From the NCBI GenBank assembly GCA_041601315.1, contig JBFIIJ010000001.1:1-28205 (forward strand): 28,205 bases of DNA, given 5' to 3'. The translations under genes were made by a program, and so were the position numbers. Below are positions 8,520-17,607 of the stretch, one piece after another (the stretch's first letter is position 1; every line of letters starts with the position of its first letter). The DNA comes from Gammaproteobacteria bacterium (GTDB lineage: Bacteria > Pseudomonadota > Gammaproteobacteria > Eutrophobiales > Eutrophobiaceae). A model generated the notes under the pieces. It was not told the DNA's origin. It worked only from the letters and a program-made list of their open reading frames with translations, and did no database searches.

Positions 8520-8571
8520 CTCTTTAGCGGTATTTTTAGTGCGCCCGCAAGCTGATTTTCAAATCGGCGCA
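8520..8571 (-). ncRNA. SAM-II riboswitch aptamer upstream of metZ
   Basis: UGCGCC-GAUUU-GAAAAUCAGC-UUGC-G-GGCGCA-CUAAAAAUACC-GCUAAA-GAG: 6-bp P1 (UGCGCC/GGCGCA), conserved GAUUU, UUGC, A-rich linker and GCUAAA of the SAM-II (SAM_alpha) class, upstream of a methionine biosynthesis gene. Confidence 0.88.
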
Positions 8572-8583
8572 TTACTATTGAAG

Positions 8584-8612
8584 AAAATAGTGAATATATT
8601 GACGTATGTCAA
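8584..8612 (-). promoter_or_regulatory. Sigma70-type promoter for the riboswitch-metZ transcript
   Basis: TTGACA (8612-8607), 17-nt spacer, TATTTT (8589-8584). Predicted start ~8576-8578, a few nt before the aptamer. Confidence 0.65.
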
Positions 8613-8613
8613 T
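8598..8613. promoter_or_regulatory. CRP/FNR-like palindrome between divergent metZ and icd
   Basis: ATTGAC-GTAT-GTCAAT (TTGAC-N4-GTCAA, FNR consensus TTGAT-N4-ATCAA). Overlaps the metZ -35 and is centred ~42 nt upstream of a predicted icd start (TATCAT -10 at 8636-8641). Confidence 0.45.
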
Positions 8614-8709
8614 TAGATAAGGCGACTTTCTAGTCTATCATTTAACGACTAAACTATTAATTGAAGCTCGAGTTCATTTAATAAAAAGAATTTAATAAGG
8701 AGAGCACAA

Positions 8710-10005
8710 TTGGCCACATCAATGAAAGCACCTGTCGGTGGTAGAAAAATCTCAATTCGAAATGGAAAATTAAACGTTCCTGATACGCCTGTTATTCCTT
8801 ATATAGAAGGTGATGGAATTGGTCCAGATGTATGGCAAGCCTCACATCGAGTTCTTGATGCCGCTGTCGAAAAAGCATACGGCGGTAAAAAAGAAATAAA
8901 GTGGCTTGAAGTATATGCCGGTGAAAAAGCGAATAAATTAACGGGAAATTGGTTGCCCGACGAAACGGTTGAAACCTGTCGAGAGTTTCTGGTTTCTATT
9001 AAAGGACCTTTAACCACACCGATTGGTGGTGGCATTCGATCGTTGAACGTTGCATTAAGACAAATACTGGATTTGTACGTTTGTTTAAGACCGGTTCGAT
9101 GGTTTAAAGGTGTTCCCTCTCCAGTTAAACAACCCGAATTGATCGACATGGTTATCTTTCGTGAAAACACTGAAGATATTTATGCGGGTATAGAGTTTGA
9201 ACAAGGAACAGATGAGAATGCAAAATTCCTTGAGCTTTTCAAAGAAGCTTTTCCTAATCATTATCAAAAAATCAGATTCCCAAAATCATCAGGTATAGGT
9301 ATTAAACCGATATCCCGTGAAGGCACACAACGTTTAGTTCGTGCTGCTATAAAATATGCTATCGATAACGGTCGCAAGAGTATTACCTTTGTTCATAAAG
9401 GTAACATTATGAAATTTACTGAAGGTGCTTTTCGTAATTGGGGTTATGAACTTGCAGAAACGGATTTTAAAGATCAAACCTATAGCTGGGATATCTGGGA
9501 ACGCACTCGTGCAGAAAAAGGAACACAAGCGGCACAGGATGAAATGGCACAGGCAGAAAAAGACGGAAAAATTCTGGTTAAAGACGCGATTGCAGACATT
9601 ACCTTGCAACAAGTATTAACCCGACCCAGTGAGTTTGATGTTATCGCAACTATGAATTTGAATGGCGATTATCTTTCTGATGCACTTGCCGCTCAGGTAG
9701 GCGGTATTGGTATTGCGCCGGGCGGTAATATTAATTACGACACCGGACATGCCATCTTTGAAGCAACGCATGGAACTGCACCTAAGTATGCCAACCTGGA
9801 TAAAGTTAATCCGGGTTCTTTATTACTGTCTGGTGAAATGATGTTGCGCTATCTGGGTTGGACTGAAGCTGCTGATATGGTTATTAATGCAATGGACAAA
9901 ACGATTGCTGATAAAACTGTTACTTATGATTTTGCTCGCTTGATGAAGGGTGCAAAAGAAATCAAATGCAGTGAATTTGCGGATGCTTTAATTTCTAATC
10001 TCTAA
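8710..10005 (+). CDS. icd: NADP-dependent isocitrate dehydrogenase (homodimeric prokaryotic type)
   Basis: [25 protein letters not shown] (phospho-Ser equivalent S111, codon 9040-9042), [25 protein letters not shown] determinants HGTAPKY and [11 protein letters not shown] start with AAGGAG 7 nt upstream (alternative ATG at 8722). Confidence 0.97.
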   Translation: MATSMKAPVGGRKISIRNGKLNVPDTPVIPYIEGDGIGPDVWQASHRVLDAAVEKAYGGKKEIKWLEVYAGEKANKLTGNWLPDETVETCREFLVSIKGPLTTPIGGGIRSLNVALRQILDLYVCLRPVRWFKGVPSPVKQPELIDMVIFRENTEDIYAGIEFEQGTDENAKFLELFKEAFPNHYQKIRFPKSSGIGIKPISREGTQRLVRAAIKYAIDNGRKSITFVHKGNIMKFTEGAFRNWGYELAETDFKDQTYSWDIWERTRAEKGTQAAQDEMAQAEKDGKILVKDAIADITLQQVLTRPSEFDVIATMNLNGDYLSDALAAQVGGIGIAPGGNINYDTGHAIFEATHGTAPKYANLDKVNPGSLLLSGEMMLRYLGWTEAADMVINAMDKTIADKTVTYDFARLMKGAKEIKCSEFADALISNL

Positions 10006-10029
10006 AACTTATAAACGAGTTATACGACT

Positions 10030-11760
10030 ATGTCGGAAAGAGATCTGATTGCTGAATGCTCGCAGATAATATACGACGGGTTTATTCGATATAACAGCGA
10101 CTTTCATCGAATGACAAAACGTGCGCGGACACGTTTTGAACAACGCGATTGGAAAGGCCATCAACAGGATATTGTTGATCGTATAGATCTTTATGAAAAA
10201 TCAGTACGGCGTGCCGTTCTCGCTTTGCGTACTCTCCTTGACTACCGTGTTAATGATGAACATCTCTGGCATGAAATAAGAAGTTATTTTTCTGATCGTT
10301 TAAATGAAGTTCCTGATAATGATTTCATAAAAACGTTTTTCAATTCAACGACTCGTCGTATTTTCGGAACCGAAGGTATCGACCCTGATATTGAGTTCAT
10401 TTCATCCGGGCCATCAGATGATCTTCGACTAATTATGTCGCTTAATATTCGTCGTTATCCTTACTGGGGCTCACTTAAAAAAATATTTCAAACCATTCTT
10501 GATGATTTTTCATTTCGAATTCCTTATGACGACGTAGACAAAAATGCAGAACGTATTGCCAAAGTAATTGAAGCACATTCAAAAGAACACGTTGATGATG
10601 ATGTTGAATACTTACGTTTTGAATTTATCGATACATTCTTTTATCAAGCTGCACGAGCCTATCTGGTTGGAAAACTAATTCTTAGTGAAGATGAAGTGCC
10701 TATTGTCATTGCGTTTAAAAATGAACAAGGAGGCATTAGTGTTGATGCCGTTTTTCTTGATGAAAAAGAGATCAGTCTTATTTTTGGTTATACCCGTTCT
10801 TATTATTTTGCTGACCCAAACTCAGTCATTGGTGCTGTTCACTTTCTCAAATCGATACTTCCTAAAAAACCAATCGATGAACTTTATACTGTATTGGGTC
10901 GTTTACGTCAGGGTAAAACAGAACGTCATCGAACATTCACTCAACATCTTAATAACACGCGGGATAAATTTATTCATGCAGAAGGTGACACAGGCCTTGT
11001 CATGATCGTGTTTACATTACCTTCTTACAATCTTGTCTTTAAAGTCATAAGAGATAAGTTTGGTTATCCAAAAACAGTTTCAAGAAACGATGTAATAGGA
11101 AAGTATAAACTTGTATCAAAGCATGACCGTGCGGGAAGACTTATCGATACACAGGAATTCCTGAATCTGGAATTTCCATTAAACCGTTTTTCCAGAGAGC
11201 TTAGAGAAGAATTACTTGATGCCGCATCAGAGAGCGTAAAAAAAGAAAATAATAATTTATTATTACAACATGTCTATATTGAAAGACGAGTGCGTCCATT
11301 AAATCTATATATAAATGAAGTTTCTTATGAAGAAGCTGTTTCTGCTGTGGTTGATTATGGTCAGACTATTAAAGATTTGGCTCAAACAAATATATTTACT
11401 GGTGACCTGTTATTAAAGAACTTTGGCGTGACTCAACATAACCGGGTTATCTTTTATGATTATGATGAAGTTGCTCTGGTAACCGAATGCAATTTTAGAG
11501 ACATTCCTGAAGCAAGTGACTTTGAAGATGAAATGCTGGCCGACACCTGGTACTTCGTTGCTGAGAACGATATTTTTCCGGAAGAGTTTATTCGCTTCCT
11601 TTCAATGAATGATGAATTAAAAATGGAATTTATGAAATATCACAAAGATTTGTTAACCGCTGAATATTGGCGACAAGTTCAACAACAACACTTAAGGGGA
11701 GAAGTTTCATTGGTTGTTCCCTATACATCGACAACGTCAAAACTTAATACGTTCGATTAA
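10030..11760 (+). CDS. aceK: Isocitrate dehydrogenase kinase/phosphatase
   Basis: RARTRFEQRDW, IFGYTRSYYF, GRLRQGKTE, LVFKVIRDKF (ATP-binding Lys), HDRAGRLIDTQEF, GDLLLKNFGVT, VIFYDYDE, DIFPEEF. Starts 24 nt after icd. Confidence 0.95.
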   Translation: MSERDLIAECSQIIYDGFIRYNSDFHRMTKRARTRFEQRDWKGHQQDIVDRIDLYEKSVRRAVLALRTLLDYRVNDEHLWHEIRSYFSDRLNEVPDNDFIKTFFNSTTRRIFGTEGIDPDIEFISSGPSDDLRLIMSLNIRRYPYWGSLKKIFQTILDDFSFRIPYDDVDKNAERIAKVIEAHSKEHVDDDVEYLRFEFIDTFFYQAARAYLVGKLILSEDEVPIVIAFKNEQGGISVDAVFLDEKEISLIFGYTRSYYFADPNSVIGAVHFLKSILPKKPIDELYTVLGRLRQGKTERHRTFTQHLNNTRDKFIHAEGDTGLVMIVFTLPSYNLVFKVIRDKFGYPKTVSRNDVIGKYKLVSKHDRAGRLIDTQEFLNLEFPLNRFSRELREELLDAASESVKKENNNLLLQHVYIERRVRPLNLYINEVSYEEAVSAVVDYGQTIKDLAQTNIFTGDLLLKNFGVTQHNRVIFYDYDEVALVTECNFRDIPEASDFEDEMLADTWYFVAENDIFPEEFIRFLSMNDELKMEFMKYHKDLLTAEYWRQVQQQHLRGEVSLVVPYTSTTSKLNTFD

Positions 11761-12390
11761 TCAGTCCAGCTTTATACCATTCTTTTTCAACGTTGATTCA
11801 AGCAATTCATTCCTTGTTTCAACCTTGCTGTGTTCAGTAAATATTCGATGAATATAAACTGAAATGACAAACATAATTAAAGCATAGGCAAGCACAACAC
11901 CGCCAAGAAAGGAGTGGTACTTATCACCTTGAGCAATTAATAAAAGGCATTGCGGAACGATCGCAGGAACTGAAAAAACAAGATAGACCATTTTACTAGC
12001 CGAATACGTAACAATAGAACCTGCTATCAATGTTGAAATAAACAAAAGTAACATGCCATGATAAAGCACAGAATCAAGCAGAGAGAGCGTACCCTTCGGA
12101 ATAAAGACAAACCCGGTTAATCCCCACATCGTTCCTGATATTGCAGACATTATTAAAAACAAATAAAACCAGAGTTCTATATTTTCTTTATGTTCATTTT
12201 TTTTAAAACACCAGGTAGTAATAAAGCGAGAGAATGTCAGTATTGAAAAAATAGTGAACCAGATATTTAAAACTTTAATTTCAGTTATGTCCTGAAATAA
12301 CCAATATGCTAAAACAGCACCAAAGTAGGTTGCGATATAACTAATATAAGAATGGTTATAAAGTTTCTCTATTTGTTTTATTTCAGTCAT
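11761..12390 (-). CDS. Stand-alone multi-pass membrane protein resembling the N-terminal membrane domain of sensor kinases and GGDEF/EAL proteins
   Basis: About 6 hydrophobic segments, motifs RF..W, ISGTMWG, LIAGSIVTYS, FSVPAIVP, GD.YH, ending in a short coiled-coil-like ETRNELL then stop. No catalytic domain. Confidence 0.75.
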   Translation of the reverse strand: MTEIKQIEKLYNHSYISYIATYFGAVLAYWLFQDITEIKVLNIWFTIFSILTFSRFITTWCFKKNEHKENIELWFYLFLIMSAISGTMWGLTGFVFIPKGTLSLLDSVLYHGMLLLFISTLIAGSIVTYSASKMVYLVFSVPAIVPQCLLLIAQGDKYHSFLGGVVLAYALIMFVISVYIHRIFTEHSKVETRNELLESTLKKNGIKLD

Positions 12391-12435
12391 AGGAAATAGA
12401 GAGTTGCTTGCATTATGAATTAATTAGAAGCATTT

Positions 12436-13272
<837 letters not shown>

Positions 13273-13334
13273 TTATAGTTACGTTAACGCAACTTTGTTA
13301 GTAATGGAATTATTTTATATAGATATCGAACCAA

Positions 13335-13501
13335 GCCTTAGAGGTTTTATTCGAGAACGAGGCGTAGTGCTTTTTTAGAAGCGGAGTTTATATCTAATAA
13401 ATGAGCATCTAAAAAAGTGCTACAACGCCTAGCAAATTTTTTGCTCCTGCAAAATTTGCATTTACACCTTCCATGGCGATCATCGGATAAAAGATCAAGG
13501 C
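13335..13501. repeat. ERIC-like palindromic element (MITE-like), copy A, with a nested second palindrome
   Basis: Core 13357-13427 matches 16836-16905 at ~59/71 positions by manual alignment. Imperfect terminal inverted repeats GCCTTAGAGGTTTTATTCGA / TCGGATAAAAGATCAAGGC; nested GCAAATTTT..AAAATTTGC at 13432-13459; ends 6 nt from the dnaJ stop. Confidence 0.8.
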
Positions 13502-13507
13502 GAAAAA

Positions 13508-14644
13508 TTAACTGGTCATTGAGTCAAAAAAATTCTTAACCCCATCAAGCCACGAACTCGCTTGTGGACTATGCTTGGTACCGCCACTTTGCATCGATTC
13601 TTCGAATTGTTTCAACAAAGCTTTTTGTTCACTATTTAATTTCACTGGTGTTTCAACGACAACACGGCATAGCAAATCACCTTTTGAGGAATTTCTCACT
13701 GAACGTACACCTTTGGATCTAAGGCGAAATAATTTCCCGCTCTGTGTTTCAGCCGGAATTTTTAATTTAACTTTGCCGTCAAGTGTAGGCACTTCAAGCT
13801 CACCACCTAATGTCACTGCAGCAAAACTTATCGGAACATCACAATATAGATCGGTACCATCACGAACAAAGATAGGATGTTCTTTAACATTAATATGTAC
13901 ATAAAGATCACCTGCTGGTCCATTATTCTCACCCGCTTCACCTTCACCTGATAAACGTATGCGATCGCCGTTATCAACGCCTTCGGGTACTTTCACTGAA
14001 ATTGTTTTACTGTCTCTTACACGACCCTGACCCTGGCATGAACCACAAGGATTACTGATTATTTTTCCCTGTCCACGACACTGAGGACAAGTTTGCTGTA
14101 CGGAAAAGAAACCCTGTTGCATTCTGACCTGTCCATGTCCGGCACATGTCGGACAACTTACAGGCGTACTGCCTTTCTTCGCGCCAGAACCGTTACAAAC
14201 TTTACATCCCACCATTTTCGGAACACGAATTTTAACGGTAGTACCGGAAACAGCGTCTTCAAGAGAGAGTTCAAGGTTATAACGTAAGTCAGCTCCACGA
14301 TGAACACGACTGCCACCACCACGACTGCCACCGCCACCAAAAATATCGCCGAAAACGCTATCGAATATATCTCCGAAACCTGCGCCAGCATGTGCGCCTC
14401 CAGCACCGGCACTATTACTGACACCGGCATGACCGAATTGATCATAAGCTGCTCGCTTTTGTGGATCTGACAAAACGTCATGCGCTTCTTTTGCTTCTTT
14501 GAATTTGGATTCGGCAGAGGCATCACCTTCATTACGATCGGGATGATATTTCATTGCTAAACGACGATAGGCTTTCTTTAATTCAGCCGCATCTGCGTTT
14601 TTAGAAACGCCTAATACCTCATAATAGTCTCTTTTGTCTGCCAT
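13508..14644 (-). CDS. dnaJ: Chaperone DnaJ
   Basis: J domain with HPD, G/F linker, four CxxCxGxG zinc-finger repeats, C-terminal domain. Confidence 0.98.
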   Translation of the reverse strand: MADKRDYYEVLGVSKNADAAELKKAYRRLAMKYHPDRNEGDASAESKFKEAKEAHDVLSDPQKRAAYDQFGHAGVSNSAGAGGAHAGAGFGDIFDSVFGDIFGGGGSRGGGSRVHRGADLRYNLELSLEDAVSGTTVKIRVPKMVGCKVCNGSGAKKGSTPVSCPTCAGHGQVRMQQGFFSVQQTCPQCRGQGKIISNPCGSCQGQGRVRDSKTISVKVPEGVDNGDRIRLSGEGEAGENNGPAGDLYVHINVKEHPIFVRDGTDLYCDVPISFAAVTLGGELEVPTLDGKVKLKIPAETQSGKLFRLRSKGVRSVRNSSKGDLLCRVVVETPVKLNSEQKALLKQFEESMQSGGTKHSPQASSWLDGVKNFFDSMTS

Positions 14645-14696
14645 ACCTGATCTCTTTCAGTTATTCTTTTTATTTATCAATCGCTAAAACACAACA

Positions 14697-14725
14697 AGCC
14701 CGGAGAAGAAAATCATCTCCAGGCT
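14697..14725 (-). terminator. Probable leaky intrinsic terminator or attenuator after dnaK
   Basis: On the - strand AGCCUGGAGA-N9-UCUCCGGGCU (10 bp including a U.G pair that only works on this strand), followed by UGUUGUGUUUU. Confidence 0.6.
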
Positions 14726-14766
14726 CACTGCTTTAACAACGCTATTCTAGTTAGAAGTATCTACGA

Positions 14767-16695
14767 TTATTTCTTATCGTCTTCAACTTCTTCAAACTCA
14801 GCATCAACGATATCGTCAGTTGCTTCAGCTTTTTCTGCTGTTTCAGAACTATCGCCTGCGGCATCTGCAGAAGCTTGCTCTTGAGCGTAAGCTTTCTCAG
14901 CTAATTTACCTGCAACTTCAGTTAGCTTGGTTGTCTTCTCAACAATCGCTTCTTTGTTGTCACCTTTAAGTGCTTCTTCCAGATCAGCAATGGCTGCTTC
15001 GATATCCTTTTTCTCTTGATCTTCAACCTTGTCACCCAAATCTTTTATAGACTTATGGGTTGCATGAATCATGTTTTCTGCCATGTTTTTAGCTTCGACT
15101 AATTCTTTAGCAATACGATCTTCTTCAGCATGCGCTTCAGCATCTTTCACCATGTTTTCAATCTCTTCATCAGAAAGACCACTTGACGCTTTAATAACGA
15201 TCGATTGTTCTTTACCTGTAGCTTTATCTTTCGCTGATACATTCAAGATACCATTCGCATCAATATCAAAACTGACTTCGATCTGTGGTACCCCGCGAGG
15301 TGCTGGTGGTATATCACTTAAGTCAAAACGACCCAATGATTTATTACCCGCTGCCATTTCACGTTCACCCTGCAAGACATGTACTGTTACTGCTGTTTGA
15401 TTATCTTCAGCAGTCGAGAATGTTTGGCTCGCTTTAGTTGGAATGGTCGTATTCTTATCAATCAATTTAGTCATGACACTACCCATCGTCTCAATACCCA
15501 AAGACAATGGCGTAACATCTAACAAGAGTACATCTTTAACATCACCACCTAATACACCGGCTTGAATTGCTGCACCTACTGCAACAGCTTCATCAGGGTT
15601 TACATCCTTACGTGGTTCTTTACCAAAGAATGCCTGTACCTTTTCCTGTACTTTCGGCATACGCGTTTGACCACCAACCAAAATAACATCGGTGATATCT
15701 GATTTTGAAATTCCAGCATCGTCCAGTGCAACTTGACAAGGTGCAATGGTGCGCTCAACCAGTTCTTCCACTAATGATTCCAACTTAGCACGAGTCATCT
15801 TCAAGTTAAGATGTTTCGGACCATTCGCATCGGCTGTAATGTATGGCAAATTCACATCGGTTTGCTGACTAGATGATAATTCGATTTTTGCTTTTTCTGC
15901 GGCTTCTTTAAGACGTTGCAACGCTAATGGATCGTTATGCAAATCGACGCCATGCTCTTTCTTGAATTCATCACAAAGGAAATCAATGATTCGAAAATCA
16001 AAGTCTTCACCACCAAGGAACGTGTCCCCGTTGGTTGAAAGTACTTCAAACTGATGTTCGCCATCGATTTCAGCGATCTCAATAATGGATACGTCAAACG
16101 TACCACCACCTAAATCGTATACCGCAATCTTGGCATCTCCACGTTTTTTATCCATACCGTAAGCTAAAGCAGCAGCAGTTGGCTCATTAATAATACGTTT
16201 AACATCAAGACCGGCAATTCGACCGGCATCTTTCGTTGCTTGTCGTTGTGAATCATTAAAATAAGCCGGAACAGTAATAACCGCTTCTTTTACTTCTTCA
16301 CCAAGATAGTCTTCTGCCGTTTTCTTCATTTTCATCAATACACGCGCAGAAACTTCAGGTGCCGCCATCTTCTTGCCATTGACTTCAACCCAGGCATCAC
16401 CGTTGTCAGCCTTAACAATTTTATAAGGAACAAGTTTGATATCTTTCTGAACGGTATCTTCTTCAAAACGACGTCCAATTAATCGTTTCACCGCATAGAG
16501 TGTGTTCTTAGGATTGGTTACTGATTGACGTTTAGCCGACTGGCCAACGAGAATCTCATCATCATCCACGTAGGCAACAATCGACGGTGTCGTTCGAGCA
16601 CCTTCGCTATTTTCTATGACCTTTGCTTCACCACCCTCAAGAACTGCCACACAAGAGTTGGTAGTACCGAGATCAATTCCAATTATTTTTGCCAT
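14767..16695 (-). CDS. dnaK: Chaperone DnaK (Hsp70)
   Basis: [49 protein letters not shown]-terminal DAEFEEV. Confidence 0.99.
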   Translation of the reverse strand: MAKIIGIDLGTTNSCVAVLEGGEAKVIENSEGARTTPSIVAYVDDDEILVGQSAKRQSVTNPKNTLYAVKRLIGRRFEEDTVQKDIKLVPYKIVKADNGDAWVEVNGKKMAAPEVSARVLMKMKKTAEDYLGEEVKEAVITVPAYFNDSQRQATKDAGRIAGLDVKRIINEPTAAALAYGMDKKRGDAKIAVYDLGGGTFDVSIIEIAEIDGEHQFEVLSTNGDTFLGGEDFDFRIIDFLCDEFKKEHGVDLHNDPLALQRLKEAAEKAKIELSSSQQTDVNLPYITADANGPKHLNLKMTRAKLESLVEELVERTIAPCQVALDDAGISKSDITDVILVGGQTRMPKVQEKVQAFFGKEPRKDVNPDEAVAVGAAIQAGVLGGDVKDVLLLDVTPLSLGIETMGSVMTKLIDKNTTIPTKASQTFSTAEDNQTAVTVHVLQGEREMAAGNKSLGRFDLSDIPPAPRGVPQIEVSFDIDANGILNVSAKDKATGKEQSIVIKASSGLSDEEIENMVKDAEAHAEEDRIAKELVEAKNMAENMIHATHKSIKDLGDKVEDQEKKDIEAAIADLEEALKGDNKEAIVEKTTKLTEVAGKLAEKAYAQEQASADAAGDSSETAEKAEATDDIVDAEFEEVEDDKK

Positions 16696-16763
16696 TCGCT
16701 TTCTCCAGAAATACTTAACTTACTGATTTATATTAAAATTTTGTTAATAATTCGTTGTTTAAT

Positions 16764-16793
16764 TAAATGAGGTCTAACTACCTGTTTTTCAAG
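16764..16793 (-). promoter_or_regulatory. Sigma32 (RpoH) promoter for dnaK
   Basis: CTTGAA-N15-CCTCATTTA versus consensus CTTGAA-N13-17-CCCCATNTA. Confidence 0.8.
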
Positions 16794-16810
16794 ACTCTAA
16801 ATGCACTTTT

Positions 16811-16933
16811 TATGAATTAGTTATTTTGGCCTAGTACGAGGCGCAGTGCTTTTGAGGAGCGGAGTTTACAAATAGTAAATGAGCACCGCAAAAAGTGCTG
16901 CAACGAAGTAATCGGTCAAAAGAACAATTCATA
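16811..16933. repeat. ERIC-like palindromic element (MITE-like), copy B
   Basis: 123 bp, TA at both ends, imperfect terminal inverted repeats TATGAATTAGTTATTTTGGCC / GGTCAAAAGAACAATTCATA. Core shared with copy A; lies 4 nt from the grpE stop. Confidence 0.8.
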
Positions 16934-16937
16934 ATAA

Positions 16938-17510
16938 TTATTTAGCGACGACTACCATCGCTGGTCTGACTAATCTACCGTTTAACTCATAACCTTTTTG
17001 CATTACTGTCACGACGGTACCTGACTCAGAACCTTCTATTTCCTGCATAGAAATTGCCTCGTGTTGTTCAGGATTAAATTTTTCATTAAGAGGGTCTATT
17101 TCTTTTACGCCAAATTTTTCTATGGCACTGATAAACATTTTCAAGGTTAAATCCATACCCTCTCGTAATTCATCAACAGTTTCAGCACTTTCGGCAGCCG
17201 TCATACCTAAACTTAAACTATCCATTATCGGTAAGAGTTCATGGACGAATTTTTCCAGGGCATATTTATGTGCGCTTTCTATATCGCGAGCTGTTCGCTT
17301 ACGCAGATTTTCCATTTCGGCTTGTGCTCTAAGCGCTGCATCACGATTTGCCTGAGCGTTTTCTTTTTCTTTTTCCAAGAGCGCCTGTAACGTTTCAATA
17401 TCTAATTCCGGTTCTCCTAATGGGACCATATCGTCACTGACATTTTCTTGCTGTTCAGCTACTTCGTTATTCTCTTCTTCCTGAACAGTATCGTTTTCTT
17501 CACCTGACAT
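16938..17510 (-). CDS. grpE: Nucleotide exchange factor GrpE
   Basis: RAQAEMENLRKR, ELLPIMDSL, FNPEQHEA, QKGYELNGRLVRPAMVVV. Confidence 0.98.
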   Translation of the reverse strand: MSGEENDTVQEEENNEVAEQQENVSDDMVPLGEPELDIETLQALLEKEKENAQANRDAALRAQAEMENLRKRTARDIESAHKYALEKFVHELLPIMDSLSLGMTAAESAETVDELREGMDLTLKMFISAIEKFGVKEIDPLNEKFNPEQHEAISMQEIEGSESGTVVTVMQKGYELNGRLVRPAMVVVAK

Positions 17511-17577
17511 TATTTATTTAACCTCTTTGTTTAGACAATAGATTCCCTACGCCTTGCTTGCTGGGCGCGCATTCGTT

Positions 17578-17607
17578 TATGTGGGGATTAATTTTTTGAG
17601 TTCAAGG
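17578..17607 (-). promoter_or_regulatory. Sigma32 (RpoH) promoter for grpE, overlapping the hrcA 3' end
   Basis: CCTTGAA-N14-CCCCACATA, a near-perfect sigma32 consensus. Confidence 0.85.

Noticed and set aside
8447-8572. 42-aa in-frame N-terminal extension of metZ running through the riboswitch
   Set aside because: The ATG at 8572 is only a few nt from the predicted TSS with no SD, while ATG 8446 has AGGAG and matches family starts. A leaderless start cannot be fully excluded without ribosome profiling.
14305-14334. 15-nt tandem repeat in dnaJ
   Set aside because: Encodes the low-complexity [10 protein letters not shown] part of the G/F linker; ordinary.
13575-16770. Antisense ORFs within dnaJ and dnaK (e.g. 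13575-13904, 15071-15400)
   Set aside because: Long antisense frames are a known by-product of codon bias in highly expressed chaperone genes; no independent signals.
13335-16933. The two repeats as a CRISPR array or autonomous IS
   Set aside because: Only two copies 3.3 kb apart separated by genes; no spacers, cas genes or transposase.
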